From Amphiscolops sp. MND2022 (lineage: Eukaryota): a DNA stretch of 64,000 nucleotides. Each line of letters opens with the position of its first letter. Positions within the stretch are counted from its first letter, which is position 1. The notes under the pieces were generated by a model. It was given only the letters and a program-made list of their open reading frames with translations. It was not told the DNA's origin and did not search any database. The position numbers were made by a program, and so were the translations under genes. Positions 35,638 to 49,307 of the stretch are shown piece after piece. The stretch covers positions 89,406,001 to 89,470,000 of the forward strand of contig OZ076409.1 in NCBI GenBank assembly GCA_964187785.1, read 5' to 3'.

Positions 35638-37010
35638 ATAGATTTGAATCTTAATAGCTAAGATTGAACAATGCCGAGCATTAACTAGTAGTGACTGAAT
35701 ATGGTATCTTTATTTTACACAATTCCAAATTTGGAAACAATATTTGATGACTAAGAAAGCGGTGTTTGGGTACCATTTGTTCTTGGTCTACAGGTTTTCA
35801 AATTTGGCTCCCCTTGAAATGCTGTTCATAAACCGGGTTTTAGTGAATGTTCATCTCCAGTGAAAAGTTTGATACTAGTTCGTGTAAATTGTGTAAATAT
35901 TGTGAAATAAATTGAAAAATCAATGAATATATTAGCTACTTATTGCTCTGTGATATTTATTTACTAATTCAGTTGTTTAAACTAATTGTAATTGAAAGAT
36001 TGTGACAGTGTCTTTTCCCCAAGTTGTCTTCCCCAGCAAGAAGTCAAACCTTAAACTTTCATAAATTCCTGTTCTGATTTTGCCTTCGATCACTGTAGAT
36101 CTTGATCAATGAAGCTATTCATGACTCATAATATTGGGTAATTCCCTTACTTTTTCTGATGTTTAAAAGACCAAACTTCAGTGTCAGCAAGACTGAATGA
36201 TTGTTACCTACTTTTCATTTTCTCGATTTTAGAAGTATCGTTGTTGAGCAACAAAACTGAATTCATCCATTTTATTTCAAGAAGAATTTGATTGCATGCA
36301 AATTTGATACTCGATGTACAGTAGCGTTCTAGAATATCACAACTCCATTGCTTGAAATCGCGAATTTCAAATCCAAATATCTTGACAATTGTCACGAATA
36401 CAAAAATATGTCAGCTAGGAAATTTTCGTAGAATTTTTTGTAGTTTTCAAAAATGTTTGTTTGAAATTTCTTCAAAAATTACAAAAGTTAGAAATTGTAA
36501 ATTTTTATGCTGATATGATTTGATTGAAAAACTTTTCGGTCTTAATACATGTTTTGCATTGCTCATAGACACAAACTTTAATGTATATTTTTTTATGATT
36601 CAAAAATTCTCAATCAGGACAATTCAGTAGATTCGGGAGATTATCAGCAGTCTGCAAATTTAAAAAATTGTCCAAAAATTTTGATTTTAGACCTCTAATA
36701 TCGAAAAAAACTCGTTTCAATTCAAATTTCCTAAATTTGTAATTTTCATATTTCTCAATATGGGTCGTAGAAATTTCATAAACAAAAGACATTTTTGAAA
36801 ACTAGGTAAAGTTTTAAAACTTTTGTAGCTGGCAATTTATTGTATTTGTGACAGTTTGCGAGATATTTGGTTTTGAGTTTTGTCATTTTGAGTAAGAGTT
36901 GCGATGTTTTGGAACGCTCCTGAATTCAATTTTCATCGTGAAATGCCGTATCGTCTGTCATATCTCTTGACCTTTTATTTCTATCATTTGTGACATTCTT
37001 TCAGTTTAAA

Positions 37011-40000
37011 ATGGCTCATTTGGTGGACATGGGTGGTTCCATGCCCCGCGACGACTCTGTGGGCAGTCTCGATGTTGGAAAATCTTCCGAGGCCGGTGGC
37101 AACTTTAACCTGTCACGTGACAACTTCCGCAAGACTCTGAAAATGGATAATCCTGTGTCTCCTGCAGGCGAGATCAGTATATCTGCTGGTGTAAAAATAG
37201 AGAAGCCCAATGTGGGGAGTGGAGGTGGACAGATGGAGTCAGATGCAGTCAACCAGTGCAGTTCCATGATCTATTTAGACTATAGGGTTTGTTGCCACTG
37301 ATTTATATTTTGTAGATTATTTACTGAACTCTTAAGGGTGCGAATACTCCTATGGGTTTCAGGCAATGTGTTAGACAATCAGACAAGGGTTGTTTCGACA
37401 GTATATGGTACACCATCTGAAGTATATCCAAAATTTGAAATATTCGTGTATGAGTTGTAATTGTATCCATAGGCATTCCCACAGCTTCTGTGGTTTTTTG
37501 TCAGTAGTTTTCACCGGAACAAAAGTAATTTGAACTAGAAAAAATGATGTTTGTGGAATTGAATTGATAGTCTCAAAACGCTTTGCCGCTCTATCATTTT
37601 CCTCCCACATATAATGGGGGAGGAAAATCATAATCTGTGTTGCGTTTTTTTTCCAAATTCTGCCAAATCTCCACAATCTCCATCCACTTGACTATTTTAG
37701 TTACTTGACTATTTCAGTTACTTTTATTGCACATGACGAAGTCAATGTGCATTGCAGTCCAGCTAAGAAAGTTTTTTTTCCACAATAGCCAACTTCATAA
37801 TAAGCGCCTTTTAGAGAAAAGCCAAAACCCCAGAGAGATTCGAACCTGCAGCCTCCCGATTGCGCGGCATAAGTGTTAACCACTGTGCCATAAGGACGTT
37901 ATTGAATAAAGTTGAACTGTTGAATATATACGCATGCGATTAAAATAATATATATACGCATATTAAAATAATCGTTGTCTTCGTCATGTGTTGCGAAGCA
38001 CCGCTTCGCCTCTGTGTTTAATATTGCGTTTTACTAAGGAGGAGGCAGAGGTTCGGAAACAAGCGCTCCCATTTGTCGCAGCACGCTATATTCGAACTTC
38101 TGACGCTATATCCGAAGTTGTGTTTTACTACGGAGGAAGCTGAGGTTCGAAACAATTGCGCTATATCCGAATTTTGACGTTATATCCGAAGTAAATTGCG
38201 TTTTACCATGGAGGTAAATTTTCAATTAAGTGTCTATTTTTAGACAATTGAAGGCGGAAAATATCACGGGGGAGAGCGGGCGTCTTGTTAGCGATTGAGA
38301 AATAAGCTGTTAAAATTAGGAATGTCGCAACCTTGGTTATTTGGTAAAGTACAAAATAGTTGTTCAGCAACAGTCAACTCCGGTTAATTCGTATCCGAAT
38401 AATTTGGTTTTTCGTTTACTTCGTATGTATCCGAGACCCCCATTTCCTGACGACCTCAATAATATCATCGGTTAATTCGTATCTCGCTATTCGTACTATT
38501 TTGTTCGGCCCCTAGCGATTTGAATTAGGCGTATTCAACTGTAATTAATTTCGATAATGGTTGGTGTATGGCTTGACCTTCCTCCCTTTAGGTGTTACCC
38601 GTGCTTGAGCGTTGGTCTTGTTGAAAATGGTTGGATGATATATCGTCCCAAACTCCGAAAAGCGACAATTCATCCCAAGCGTCAATTCGTCCCATTTGCA
38701 AGAAGTGACAATTTGTGCGAAATTGTTTAATTGATCAGCTAATTAACAATCTTTTGCAGATTGAAATCAAAGAAATAAACAAACTACAAATGAATACATT
38801 AAAGCACGTGATAACAATTAGAAATTGAAATTGCACGAAATGCCAATCAATCGATTGTTTTGGTTTTTCGCCAAAACGTCCATTAGACGCTCGCTGCTGG
38901 TCTCATACTTCGCATCCTTCTTGAATTTTTGCCAGCATATATTCTGGCGAGTTCATTCTTCAAGTTTTGTTCTTTTTCAAGGAAATGCAAAAACATGAGG
39001 ATTCTGGGGTCAGAAAACCATTTCGGATTGCCATCCTTCGACTGCTTTGTTGTTCTTTTGACCAATATTGGCTGCATCATTGTATTGGTTCCACGGCCCT
39101 TGATGGAACAAGGGTGTAGATCGCCGTCCAAGACATCCGGATGAACCGAACCATGTTTTTTCGAAAAATTCAAAAATAGGCAATAATTTTTCTCCAATGA
39201 CCTTCTCAAAGCCCAAATAACAGAAGGTGGAGTCAGGGCCAAAAAACTAAGCATTTGACAGTTTCTTTGATAGTCTCGTCTTTTGCTGCAGGTTTGACAA
39301 GCCAAGTTCCTGTAGTTTTCTACAGTTTGCCTCTGCGAAGTGGAAAAACATCCTTTGGCTTTATCCCGGGAAACACTTAGCTGAAGGTTATATTTGGGGC
39401 GGTTTCTAAATTGATTGTAATGACTACAGAGGAAAGACAGGGATTTATATCTTTCAACTCAGTTAAACCAAGTGCATAATTTGCTCCAGTCTTGCTGTTC
39501 TTTCAAATTTCCACAATTCACGGCGTTCTAAATAATCACACGTTGACTGACGCTTGCCTTTATTCTCACGCGCAACATTTGAATAATCCATCAACATGCC
39601 AATGGGTTGGCCAATGTCTCCAATAGATCAAGGTTCTCTTCAGTTGTGAAGAGGAAAAACCGTCCCTCGTCAGCGGGTCCTGAGCCATGAGCCAAGAAGT
39701 TATTCCTTGGAGCAGGAATAACAATGGCAGCTTGCGTCTTGTGGTTATACTTTTTACGACGCATTTTCGTTCAAATTGGCGTTCCCAATTCTTGTTCTTT
39801 GAAAGGGCTGCAGCAGTCCCAATGGAAACTATAGCTGTAGCTTGCTAAATAATAGATCGCGGAGCTATTCAATTTGTTCCAAAGCCGGCTTCAAAAATTC
39901 GAAAAAGTTAGTTTCATAGCAATTTGTTGAGCTTTAAAAAATTTGGCAAATCTAGCAAAACTTTCTGAAACCGAAATGATATTGCCCGGGCCCCCAGGAC

Positions 40001-43000
40001 AGTTTCTAAGATAACGCACGTGTTAACGGTGACACTTATTACAGAGAAATAACTTTTTATTTCCAATTAGTATGCAAATACTTACATTAAAAGTGACGCC
40101 TTTCCTGGAATTGCAGCTTGCCAATGCTCATTTGTCAAGACAATTGAATGAAGTCATCATCAGCCGTTACTGCACGTGCTTTGCCTTTTCGATCACATCT
40201 CTCAAAATGTTCTGCAGCTCTTTCCGTTGTATCTATGCTTTGTTTATAATTCGAATAAACTAATTTATCGTTACCTCTTTCAGTAGTGTTGCATTTTAAC
40301 GTACTAGTCGTAGAACTGAAGAACTTATTACTGAAGAATATGAACGAAGAATATCCAGTTTGCCAAAATGAGGCACTTTTAATTGGTGTTAATTGTCGGT
40401 ACCTGCCTCTTAATTAAATTTTTCCGCAATCATTAATACATAGGTCTATCGGTAATTAAATTGGGGGTGATTGTCAGCTTTTAAATTGGGACGATTTGTC
40501 GCCATTTCAAAATGGGTTGAATTGACGCTTGGGACGAATTTTCGCTTTTTCGGATTGCGGAGGAATTGTCGCTTTACGCGTGAAAACTTGCTGCGTGTCA
40601 AGCCTTGCCCTTTCGCTTCTCTCTTTGGCAGTATAACACGTCCGCTATGCTAGTATTTTGATCTCAAAATTTGATAGGAATTTTGCACAAAGATTCAAAG
40701 GTTCTTGCATGTGCAAATACCCCCATCATTTTAGTATGTATCGTTACCGTTTGTTTGTTTGTGTAGTCTTTGATTGATCCAAATGAAGAAGACATGGCTT
40801 CAGCTCAGAAGTACTTTCTGCAGAGGATTGGAGAAGGACAAGGCGAATTTGTGTATGAATTGGGAAGTGGCGGTTAGTTCATCCTCAATGTTCATTTGAA
40901 GTTTTCTAACACTAATACCTGTGTTTCTAATTGTAGTAATCTGTTTCGGTGGTCAGTGTGATAATACCACGATGAACTTTAATTTCGCAGTCACAGTGGT
41001 GTTCACTTGATTATGTAGAAATTCAATAATTTAGAGTGGTGAGCCTTGAAATGATTTTTTAAAGAAATATCTGTCGAATCATTTATAATGATGGTCTAGA
41101 ACTGGCAGAATAAACGAAATGAAAATTTCGGCGTTTTGTTTCCACCGATTTTTTGTTGGCGTGTTATTCTGAAGGAAAATATAGTGGTTTTTTGTCGGTT
41201 TAATTTTTTTTCAATCCACACGAACTGAACAAAATAGTTCAAAAGTTCTACAAAATTTTAGGTATCATTTGGCCTAGCGAACTGAACTATATTAACTTTT
41301 TTCTGATATGAACCAAATATTGTGCTATATCCGAATTTTTGACGTCATAGGAAGAAGTTGAATTATCAGTTTTGCCTTGTGAGCAAGGCTTATAAACTGT
41401 AACAACAAATGAACAAAAATTAGATACATTATTCCACCGAAGTATTGCAGGAAGTTTCTATAATTTAGCTGCAAAACTTCACGAAGTTTCGCAGCTTGTT
41501 GAAAGACTTGCAATTCATCATCTAGTCTAGCTTGGGTTAGCGTAGAAATATGAGTCAATTAGTGCGCCTCGTTCGGTTCTAAAAGAATCGCACACCAAAA
41601 AGATATGATATTCATCGCGTTTCTTTTGCATAGTACAAATAGGACCATTTTCAGTTATAAATCCTCCAAACTTGGTTCTCAGAGGCTAACCTCTAACGAT
41701 AGGTAGCGACGAATGTGCACATCGGAAATTAGTGAAGGCCATGGCGTCTTTATTTAGAATTGATATGGATTTTCCTAACTGCAATCGATACTTATACGTC
41801 TGCAACAGTCTTTTTCTGATATGAACAAAATATTGCACTATATCCGAATTTTTGACGTCATATTCGAAGTAAATTGCGGTATACTAAGGAGGTGGTGGAG
41901 GTTCGAAATCATTGCGCTTCATCCGAATTTTTGACCTTATATATCTGAAGTAAATTGCGTTTTACTAAGGAGGCGGAGGTTCAAAATTATTGTCATTTCC
42001 GAACTTTTGACGTTATCACTGAAGTATATTTAAACTTAAACATTAGGCCCAAAGGGCGGCCCCTTTAGGTTTTCGGAAACTGTGGAGGAGCCGGAGGTTC
42101 GAGAACAATGTGCCCCTTTGAAAAGGACCGCCTTTGGGTTTTTTTCGGTACTGTGAAATTGAGAATTTGTTCGAAAGAGAATACTTGACGCTTTGAAGTC
42201 CTTTTGTTATTTTTGAACCTTAAGCGGGGTGCCGACTTATGTCGTTCCCGGCTTGTTGATATTTGTTTGCTTCATTTTTCCAGTTTTCTCAGTCGGAAAG
42301 TGGTAGAAATAGCATGCGGCCTATCTTATAAATCATTTTCCACTGTAGTTTTTTGGCAAGCAGTTGATTGTGAAGAAAACAGAAAGCAAACGCTTTTTGG
42401 CTCTAGCTGTTTCAAAGCTATGATATGCATTACTTTGTGTTTCAGAGGTTGAAGACTCTGGCCTGACTCAAACTGAACTGGACAAAAGTATTGTTAATTT
42501 GAAACAAGTCTGTTTCAAAATTGATTGTTCATGTGTTCAAATACGATTCAAACAAGCGAACACTGGTGGCCCTGCATGCGAAGACAAGGGCACTTCCACA
42601 GGAAGCGAGGATACTGTCGAAAGTAGTGGTACCCGTTGGGTGTCTGATTTCCTAATCAGGAAGAATTTGGGTGAAAGCGATTTCATTGAAGTTCGCGTTG
42701 CTGTTGTCGGCAATGTGGATGCCGGTAAATCAACGTTGTTAGGTGTGTTGACTAACGGTGTATTGGACGATGGACGTGGAAATGCCAGACAATCTTTGTT
42801 TCGACACAAACACGAAATTGAGAGCGGACGTACTAGCTCCGTGGGTAATGATATTCTCGGGTTTGACGCCAACGGAGACGTGGTGAACAAATCCGACGGA
42901 CATGGTAATTGATTTTTGCTCGCTGACATTGACTTGCATTAGATATTATTGAGGATTGATGTAGGACATAATCAGGTCACTAAAATTTTGACAATCGGGC

Positions 43001-45219
43001 ACGTTTCAATTTTTTTGGTTTCTAGGGTCTCTGGACTGGACGCAAGTTTGCAAGCGAGCGTCGAAAGTGATCACTTTCATTGATTTGGCCGGACACGAGA
43101 AGTACCTGAAAACAACCATTTTTGGCATGACGGGCCATATGCCCGATTTCAGCATGCTTATGGTTAGTTAGTATTCGAAAACCCGTTTCGTCCAACTGGA
43201 ATCTTGACTGAAAAAACAATAATAGGCTGGATCAAATATACATATCCTTGTGTTTATTACCTGTTCTGCAAAATAGAAAAAAAGAATGAATCCTCATTCG
43301 AACATGTTTGATAGCGTCTCGAATGTAAGCTCTAAGCCCAATATTTTATCAAAAAATGAACGTTTCAGGTAGGAGCCAATGCTGGTGTTATTGGAATGAC
43401 GAAAGAGCACCTTGGTTTAGCGCTTGCTCTGAATGTGCCAGTCTTTGTGGTCGTCACCAAAATTGACATGTGCCCCGAAAATGTTTTAAAAGGTTGCTTT
43501 CTGGTATAAGTATTCATTGACAAACTGCAAGAACCTCGAAACTTTGAAACTCTTCTTTATTTCAGACACTTTGAAGTTGTTACAAAGGATTTTGAAATCT
43601 CAGGGATGCAGAAAGATTCCAATATTTATACAGAACAAAAATGACGTAGTCGTGACAGCCACTAATTTCACATCTGAAAGGTAAAATCTCAACCCTGCTT
43701 TGATTTGCTTCTTCGAATAATTAATTTTTCAGCTTCAATCGGTTTTTCAGAGTGTGCCCAATCTTTCAAATCTCCAATGTGACCGGAGAAAATTTGGATT
43801 TATTAAAAATGTTTTTGAATCTGCTCTCTGCCAGATCATTGCCGAAGGAAGACGAGCCTCCTGAGTTTCAGATTGATGATATTTATTCTGTTCCGGTAAT
43901 TGTTTTCTCATCTTCTGATAATTAAGTTTTCAATCTTTATAAACAGAGATTCATGAAATTTTGTTGCAGGGTGTCGGAACAGTCGTTGCAGGGACAATGC
44001 TGAGAGGAACTATCAGCTTGAATGACACTCTTTTGTTGGGTCCGGACTCTTTGGGGGATTTCACACCTGTGCCTATTAAATCTATCCAGCGGAAAAGACT
44101 TCCAGTGAAGTTTGTCCGAGGTGGTCAAACGGCTTCTTTTGCTTTGAAAAAGGTTTCTCTTTCACCTTGATCATTTTTCTGAGTGGATGGCGCAATTATT
44201 CACGAGTTAGTTTTGACAGATCAAGAGAAATCAAATCAGGAAAGGCATGGTTCTAGTGGCACCGTCATTAAAGCCCTTTGCATCTTGGGAGTTCGAGGGC
44301 GAAATTTTGGTTCTTCATCATCCCACTACGATATCTGTGAAATACCAAGCCATGGGTTGGTAATAACCGAGTGAAAAAAAATAGATCATTGAAAGTTTTA
44401 GGTCTAATTGTGTTGCAAAACGAATCGATACTGATTAAAATGTGAATCTTCTCTTGCCACTGTAAATGGCCAATTATTGACCTAGTTTTTAGTTTAGAAC
44501 TCAGTATTACATTGATTTTTTCAAGCTTTGAATGAACGAGTTTATCTACCAAATGTTGCCGCTGATTGAATTTCAGACAAGTGCAACGTTTTAGTCTGAA
44601 AACGTTTTGTTACCAAGAAGCAACTTCTAATTAGCGGCACCCTTATTCTAGCTAATCGAAATGATCCCAGTATGTTGCGTATTTACTTTTATTGCAAAAG
44701 TTTCGGTTTGGCCTATGTGCATGATTGCGATGTACGAAATATATCTATATTTTATTATTTTTGAAAATAATTTTAGTTCATTGCTGCAGTGTCAGGCAAA
44801 CGGCTGCCATAATTTGGATGGATAAAGAAGCCTTAAGGACGGGAGACAAAGCGTCAATTAGATTCCGCTTCATTAAACACCCGGAGTACTTGAGGGTCGG
44901 AACTCGTCTTGTTTTCCGCGAAGGCAGAACAAAAGCTGTGGGCTCAATAACTAAGGTGTACCATCCATCTGAGACACCCTTCAGGCACAATGCCAGAAGC
45001 CGCTATGGTCCAAAATACAGTCAGTCGAAGCAGGGTGACGATGTAGCTACCTCTGGATCTCAGCAAAGTCAGGGCCAGAGGTTTGGTCGAAGGAGAGGAG
45101 GAGTTAGGCAACGGAAGCCCCCAATGGGTGCAAATTTCTCAAACACTTCAGGAAACACAGGAAGTACTTCAACAAGTGTTGCAAACGATGCTCAAACAAG
45201 GACACCATCCTCTAACTAA
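37011..45219 (+). CDS. GTPBP1: GTP-binding protein 1 (translational GTPase); exons 37011-37286, 40767-40872, 42446-42904, 43026-43162, 43369-43492, 43566-43680, 43751-43895, 43970-44152, 44220-44355, 44777-45219
   Basis: [98 protein letters not shown]. All junctions are GT-AG and in phase. Confidence 0.95.
37826..37897 (-). mobile_element. tRNA-derived SINE head or tRNA pseudogene
   Basis: Minus strand GTCCTTATGGCACAGTGGTTAACAC...GCAGGTTCGAATCTC has A-box and B-box, but the acceptor and T stems pair poorly. Confidence 0.6.
38638..40575 (-). mobile_element. Decayed MULE transposon in GTPBP1 intron 1
   Basis: Inverted termini with CGTCCCAA/TTGGGACG units (38640-38720 vs 40486-40573). Minus-strand FFEKTWFG...[10 protein letters not shown]...NNKAVEGW resembles a MULE transposase C-terminus. 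Confidence 0.75.
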
Positions 45220-45868
45220 CCACTTTTTGATGAGTTTTTGGCCATTCGACGTCATAAGTCCTTACACTTTGTTTGATGGCTCAGCTGAAAGTCTGATTTC
45301 AAATCAAGTAAAGAGGGTGTATTGTATCGAGGAGTGGGTCGTTTGAGTTTGCTATAGTGAACCTTTCTGTTTCTTATATTTTTCAATTACTGATTCTAAT
45401 TTCATCTAAAACTTGATATTTGATATCTTATTCATTTACGGCTATTTATAAATAGACTAACCCATTAATATTGATGAATTCAAAATTTCATTTCCGAACT
45501 TTTTCGGTAGATTGGTGTCATTTTTAGTACAAATACTCTCGTCATTTTGACATCTCGCCTTTTCTCTGAACAACTCAAAAGAAAACTACTGACAATTTCC
45601 TGCAACATCTTTCAGAATCATGTTATAGGATCGTTATTGACACTGTAAGGAGGCTCTGCAGCTTGCAGCGTACTGACACCCAAACTCTTTTCACTGACAC
45701 GCCCGCCATGTAATAAGGGCAAAAAAGTATTTTCTCTTACAACACCAAACTCCGGTTTCAGTACGCGCGGTCCTTAATTATCTATATTCTTTCTATTAAA
45801 AGAAGAGAAGATTTCAGAATCATGTTTTTGATATGCCTTAAGGAATTTTATTGAAAGGCCGAGAACCA

Positions 45869-46741
45869 TTTTAGTCGGCGCTTTTCTTAAGAAAAGAGTC
45901 GACTATAGTCATGACTTTTTGTCAGTGTTTTTAGTCGGCGCATTTTAGTAGAAAATGTGCCCGACTATTACAGTGGGTAGTTTTTTTAGACACGAAAGGT
46001 CCACTTTTTTGTTCATTTGTTCAACAACTTCAAACCTCAACAACTCCAACCTCAGAAGCGCGTCCAAAACGAAAAGAAAAAACAAAACAGACGTCCACAA
46101 CCTCGAAAACACCTTAAAGATCCCACCTTAGCCCCACTTTTTTCGGCACTATGCGACTTTTTTTGAAGTTTTTTGGATTGCACCAGAGGGTCCCTCTCCA
46201 TTTGTTTCGATATTTTGCAACACAATGGATGTCAAAAAATCGCAAAGGCCCCCCTTTTACATTTTTCGGCACTGTGACACTGTTCAAAAATCTCATTAAA
46301 AATTTTTTTGGGAAATTTTTTCATGTCTCCAAAGGGTCCTTTCACAAAGCCGAAGGGTTCCCCTTTTAAATTTTGAGCCTTAGATATGGCGCCGACTTTG
46401 GCCGTTCTCGGCTTATTTTTTCGATACACTTGAAGTGACCAAAATTGTTCTACCAAAAGTTCTGCACAATTTTATATTGTTCCTGTTGGCCCAGTGAACT
46501 GAACCAAAAAGGTTTTTCCTTTTTTTCAGCGTAACACAATACCGGACAAGACCAAAGGGGTCCCCCTTAATTTTTTTTGGAATTTTGCGACAGAGTTGAT
46601 GTTGAAAAATCCCAAAGGGTCCCCTTTCAATTTTTTTGAAATTTTTTTCCCAAAGGGTCCCCCAATTCACCAATGTTTGACACTTTGAAGTCCTTTTTGA
46701 GCCTTAGATATGGCGCCCACTTGGGCCGGTCCCGGCTTGTT
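45869..46741. repeat. Helentron/HINE-like repeat cluster (at least two nested or tandem copies)
   Basis: Starts TTTTAGTCGGCGC. GGCGCCGACTT...CGGCTT(G/A)T ends at ~46415 and 46740. Internal AAAGGGTCCCC units. Confidence 0.55.
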
Positions 46742-48979
46742 TTTCTTTGATCAGCAAATGTACATCGCTGACTCACAGCAGCCGGTGAGCAAATGGGTTG
46801 AATATTATAGATAGAATGAGAATGACTGACAAATATTGTTCCACAGAACCTTCTAAGAACATACAAAGGAGTAAATGCGGAAGTCAGCGTTTTTGACTAG
46901 TATTCTTTTCTCATTTCATTTAAGTAGCAAAGCATACAGCCTAACGTTGCTGAATTCAGCGATTTCGTTCGAATTTTTGAAAAAGTAAAGACGGAAAACA
47001 AGTCGGCGCCCTTTTATAGGCTAAACAAGGGAAAATGTTTTGAATACGTTCGGAGCGGTATTAGGATTATATTTTGAAAACCGCATAGTGGCAACAAATA
47101 TTCAAAGGGGGCCCTTTGTGTCTCGGAAAGTTTTTTCTTACCGGGGACTTTTAATCTCGTTCACTTTTGTCAATCGAATGAAAACGAAAAATTATTCAGA
47201 TTTGTTTATGAATTTCGCTGCACGAGCTTTAAATTCTACCAGTTCTTTGTTTGGTACATTAATGAAAGTTTTGGACCTTCGGGAGCCAACGTTACAACTA
47301 GAAACCGGAATAAAATCTAAACCGATTAAATGTCTCAAATTGACATGGAGGTTGTGTTTTCCACCAATCACAAAGCGTCAGATCTTATTCCATTAGATCA
47401 TCTTCCGTCCTCCCCGTTCCAACGTCTTCAGTGATTGTAATTCTTAAGATATTTTATTTCAACTAAAAACGCGGACTGAAAACGCAATCCGAATTGACGA
47501 ATTTTCTGTATGCACTCGTACCTTTTTTCCACCGCCTTTTTGATGGGAAATTCAGTGTCCATACGACTATAAAATTTAGCAGTCATTCTACACCCAAAGG
47601 TATTCCTGCGTGCGCAATGACATCAAAATCATCGTCATCGTATGACTGGGATCTGAGAAAGACAGCCAAAATTAGTCCGAAAACGACCAAATGACAAAGT
47701 ACGTAATTTGTTTTCCAATATTTCGATGTTTCCGACTGCTTTACCGCAGATGTGGCTCCGGTTCTTTCTGTGATAGCAGGAATAAATAGAAACTGCAAGG
47801 AGAATATTTTTTGCAGAGTATGATCGTTAACTGAGTGCCTACTGAAAGGTTTCAGATATTTTGTTCAACTGAGTGTAAGCTCAACAAGTGTCCAATTCTC
47901 TTGCGACAAAACGAGCTAGTGTGAATTATGCATTCGTACGCCGAATTCATTGAAATGAACCGAATGAGTGGTAGTTATTCGTTCGCCGAGAGCTTCGCCT
48001 GCATTCAACCCCTTCTTGCGCTTAGTAGTTATATTTTATTCAGTCCGAGAAGAATTTAAAATGGTACAGTGATTTATTGTGCCCTCTAAAATGATTAAAC
48101 AGAAGTGCATAGTCATTCCAGATATGCTTTTAGTTTTGAACATAAACGTGTCCTGCATTTTCTAGTTTTATGATGATCTGATGAACTTGTTTCCAGGATT
48201 TTTTCCGTTGTTTCGTAGTCGCGGAAATGTAATTGAGATCTAAAGTGTCTGGTTCTTAGCTTAAGGACTATCCCTGTTCACGGTGTGTGCTTGTTGTTGA
48301 AAAGCATGAGTCAACTGTGTAGTACTCTGAAAAACCTGTATTTTTTTATAACAGTGACAATTTGATGATAAAAATTCAGGCTCCATTCGGGTGATATTTG
48401 TGTATTTGGGCTTTTTAGTTCCACGCTCACAAATATACGCAAGGCATTACTTCAGTTGCAAGCTCTAAGAGTTTTTTGAAGAGAATCCCAAAAAAGCAGC
48501 TCTTCCTAATTGACTGTATTCTATTGTGACCACATGTGTCTACTGTGTTCACGTCTGTTAAAATACTTATATGGTCACGATGTCCGGAAAAAACACCCAA
48601 AGCGTAGTAACGTCAATAAAAAATTATGATAGCGTAGTAGACGGGCGCGAAGCGCAGAGACGTGCCATTGCTAGTCCAGTGGATGGTTCTGACGAAGGCC
48701 CACCTGGAAGGGCGCGAAGCCCTTCGTAAGGATGGATTCCGAGTCATACAACCAATGTAAAAATTATGGCTGTTAAAAGCATTCTTTTTCTACCAATATC
48801 TCTTAGACCTTTTCACACTTTTTTGGCGTTTTTGCGTGAGTGTTTTTCCTAATAACAGGTCACTTTATCGATTCTGAAATAGAGACTGATGCAAACTGAT
48901 AAGTACTACATTATAATCATCCTAACTGGACTGAATAAACGGTTAGATGTAAAAATATCGTAAGTTAAAATCCAAAACC

Positions 48980-49161
48980 TGTTATAGACTCGATAAAAGG
49001 TTTGAAGTAGGATGCTCAAGTTAAGAATGTGTAGGTAATGTAACATACAAAGTATCACTGTCCTCAACGTAAAGTTTGCATCAAAATGAATATAGTCTAG
49101 AGGGCAATGTAAGTTCATTGGCAGGTATCTAATTACTGTTGTCTAGACTATTCTCTCTTCA
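48980..49161 (-). repeat. 3' LTR
   Basis: TG...CA; identical by eye to 54642-54823. Confidence 0.95.
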
Positions 49162-49307
49162 TTCCCCCCTCCTCGGGATTGGTGAGAGCGACCTCAATTC
49201 TCGCCGGGTTTCTTGTTAGTTCCCGTCTTTGTTGTGTTCTTTGGGCTGCGGCGGGAGACGTTGGCTTTTCCAATGTTCTTTGACTTTGGATCTAAATTCA
49301 GATTTTG

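Noticed and set aside
37826..37897. Functional tRNA gene
   Set aside because: A and B boxes are present but the stems pair poorly; more likely a SINE head or pseudogene.
47380..48300. Possible decayed hAT transposase on the minus strand (LSQENWTLV...YLKPF)
   Set aside because: Only one weak motif, with no TIR or TSD located.
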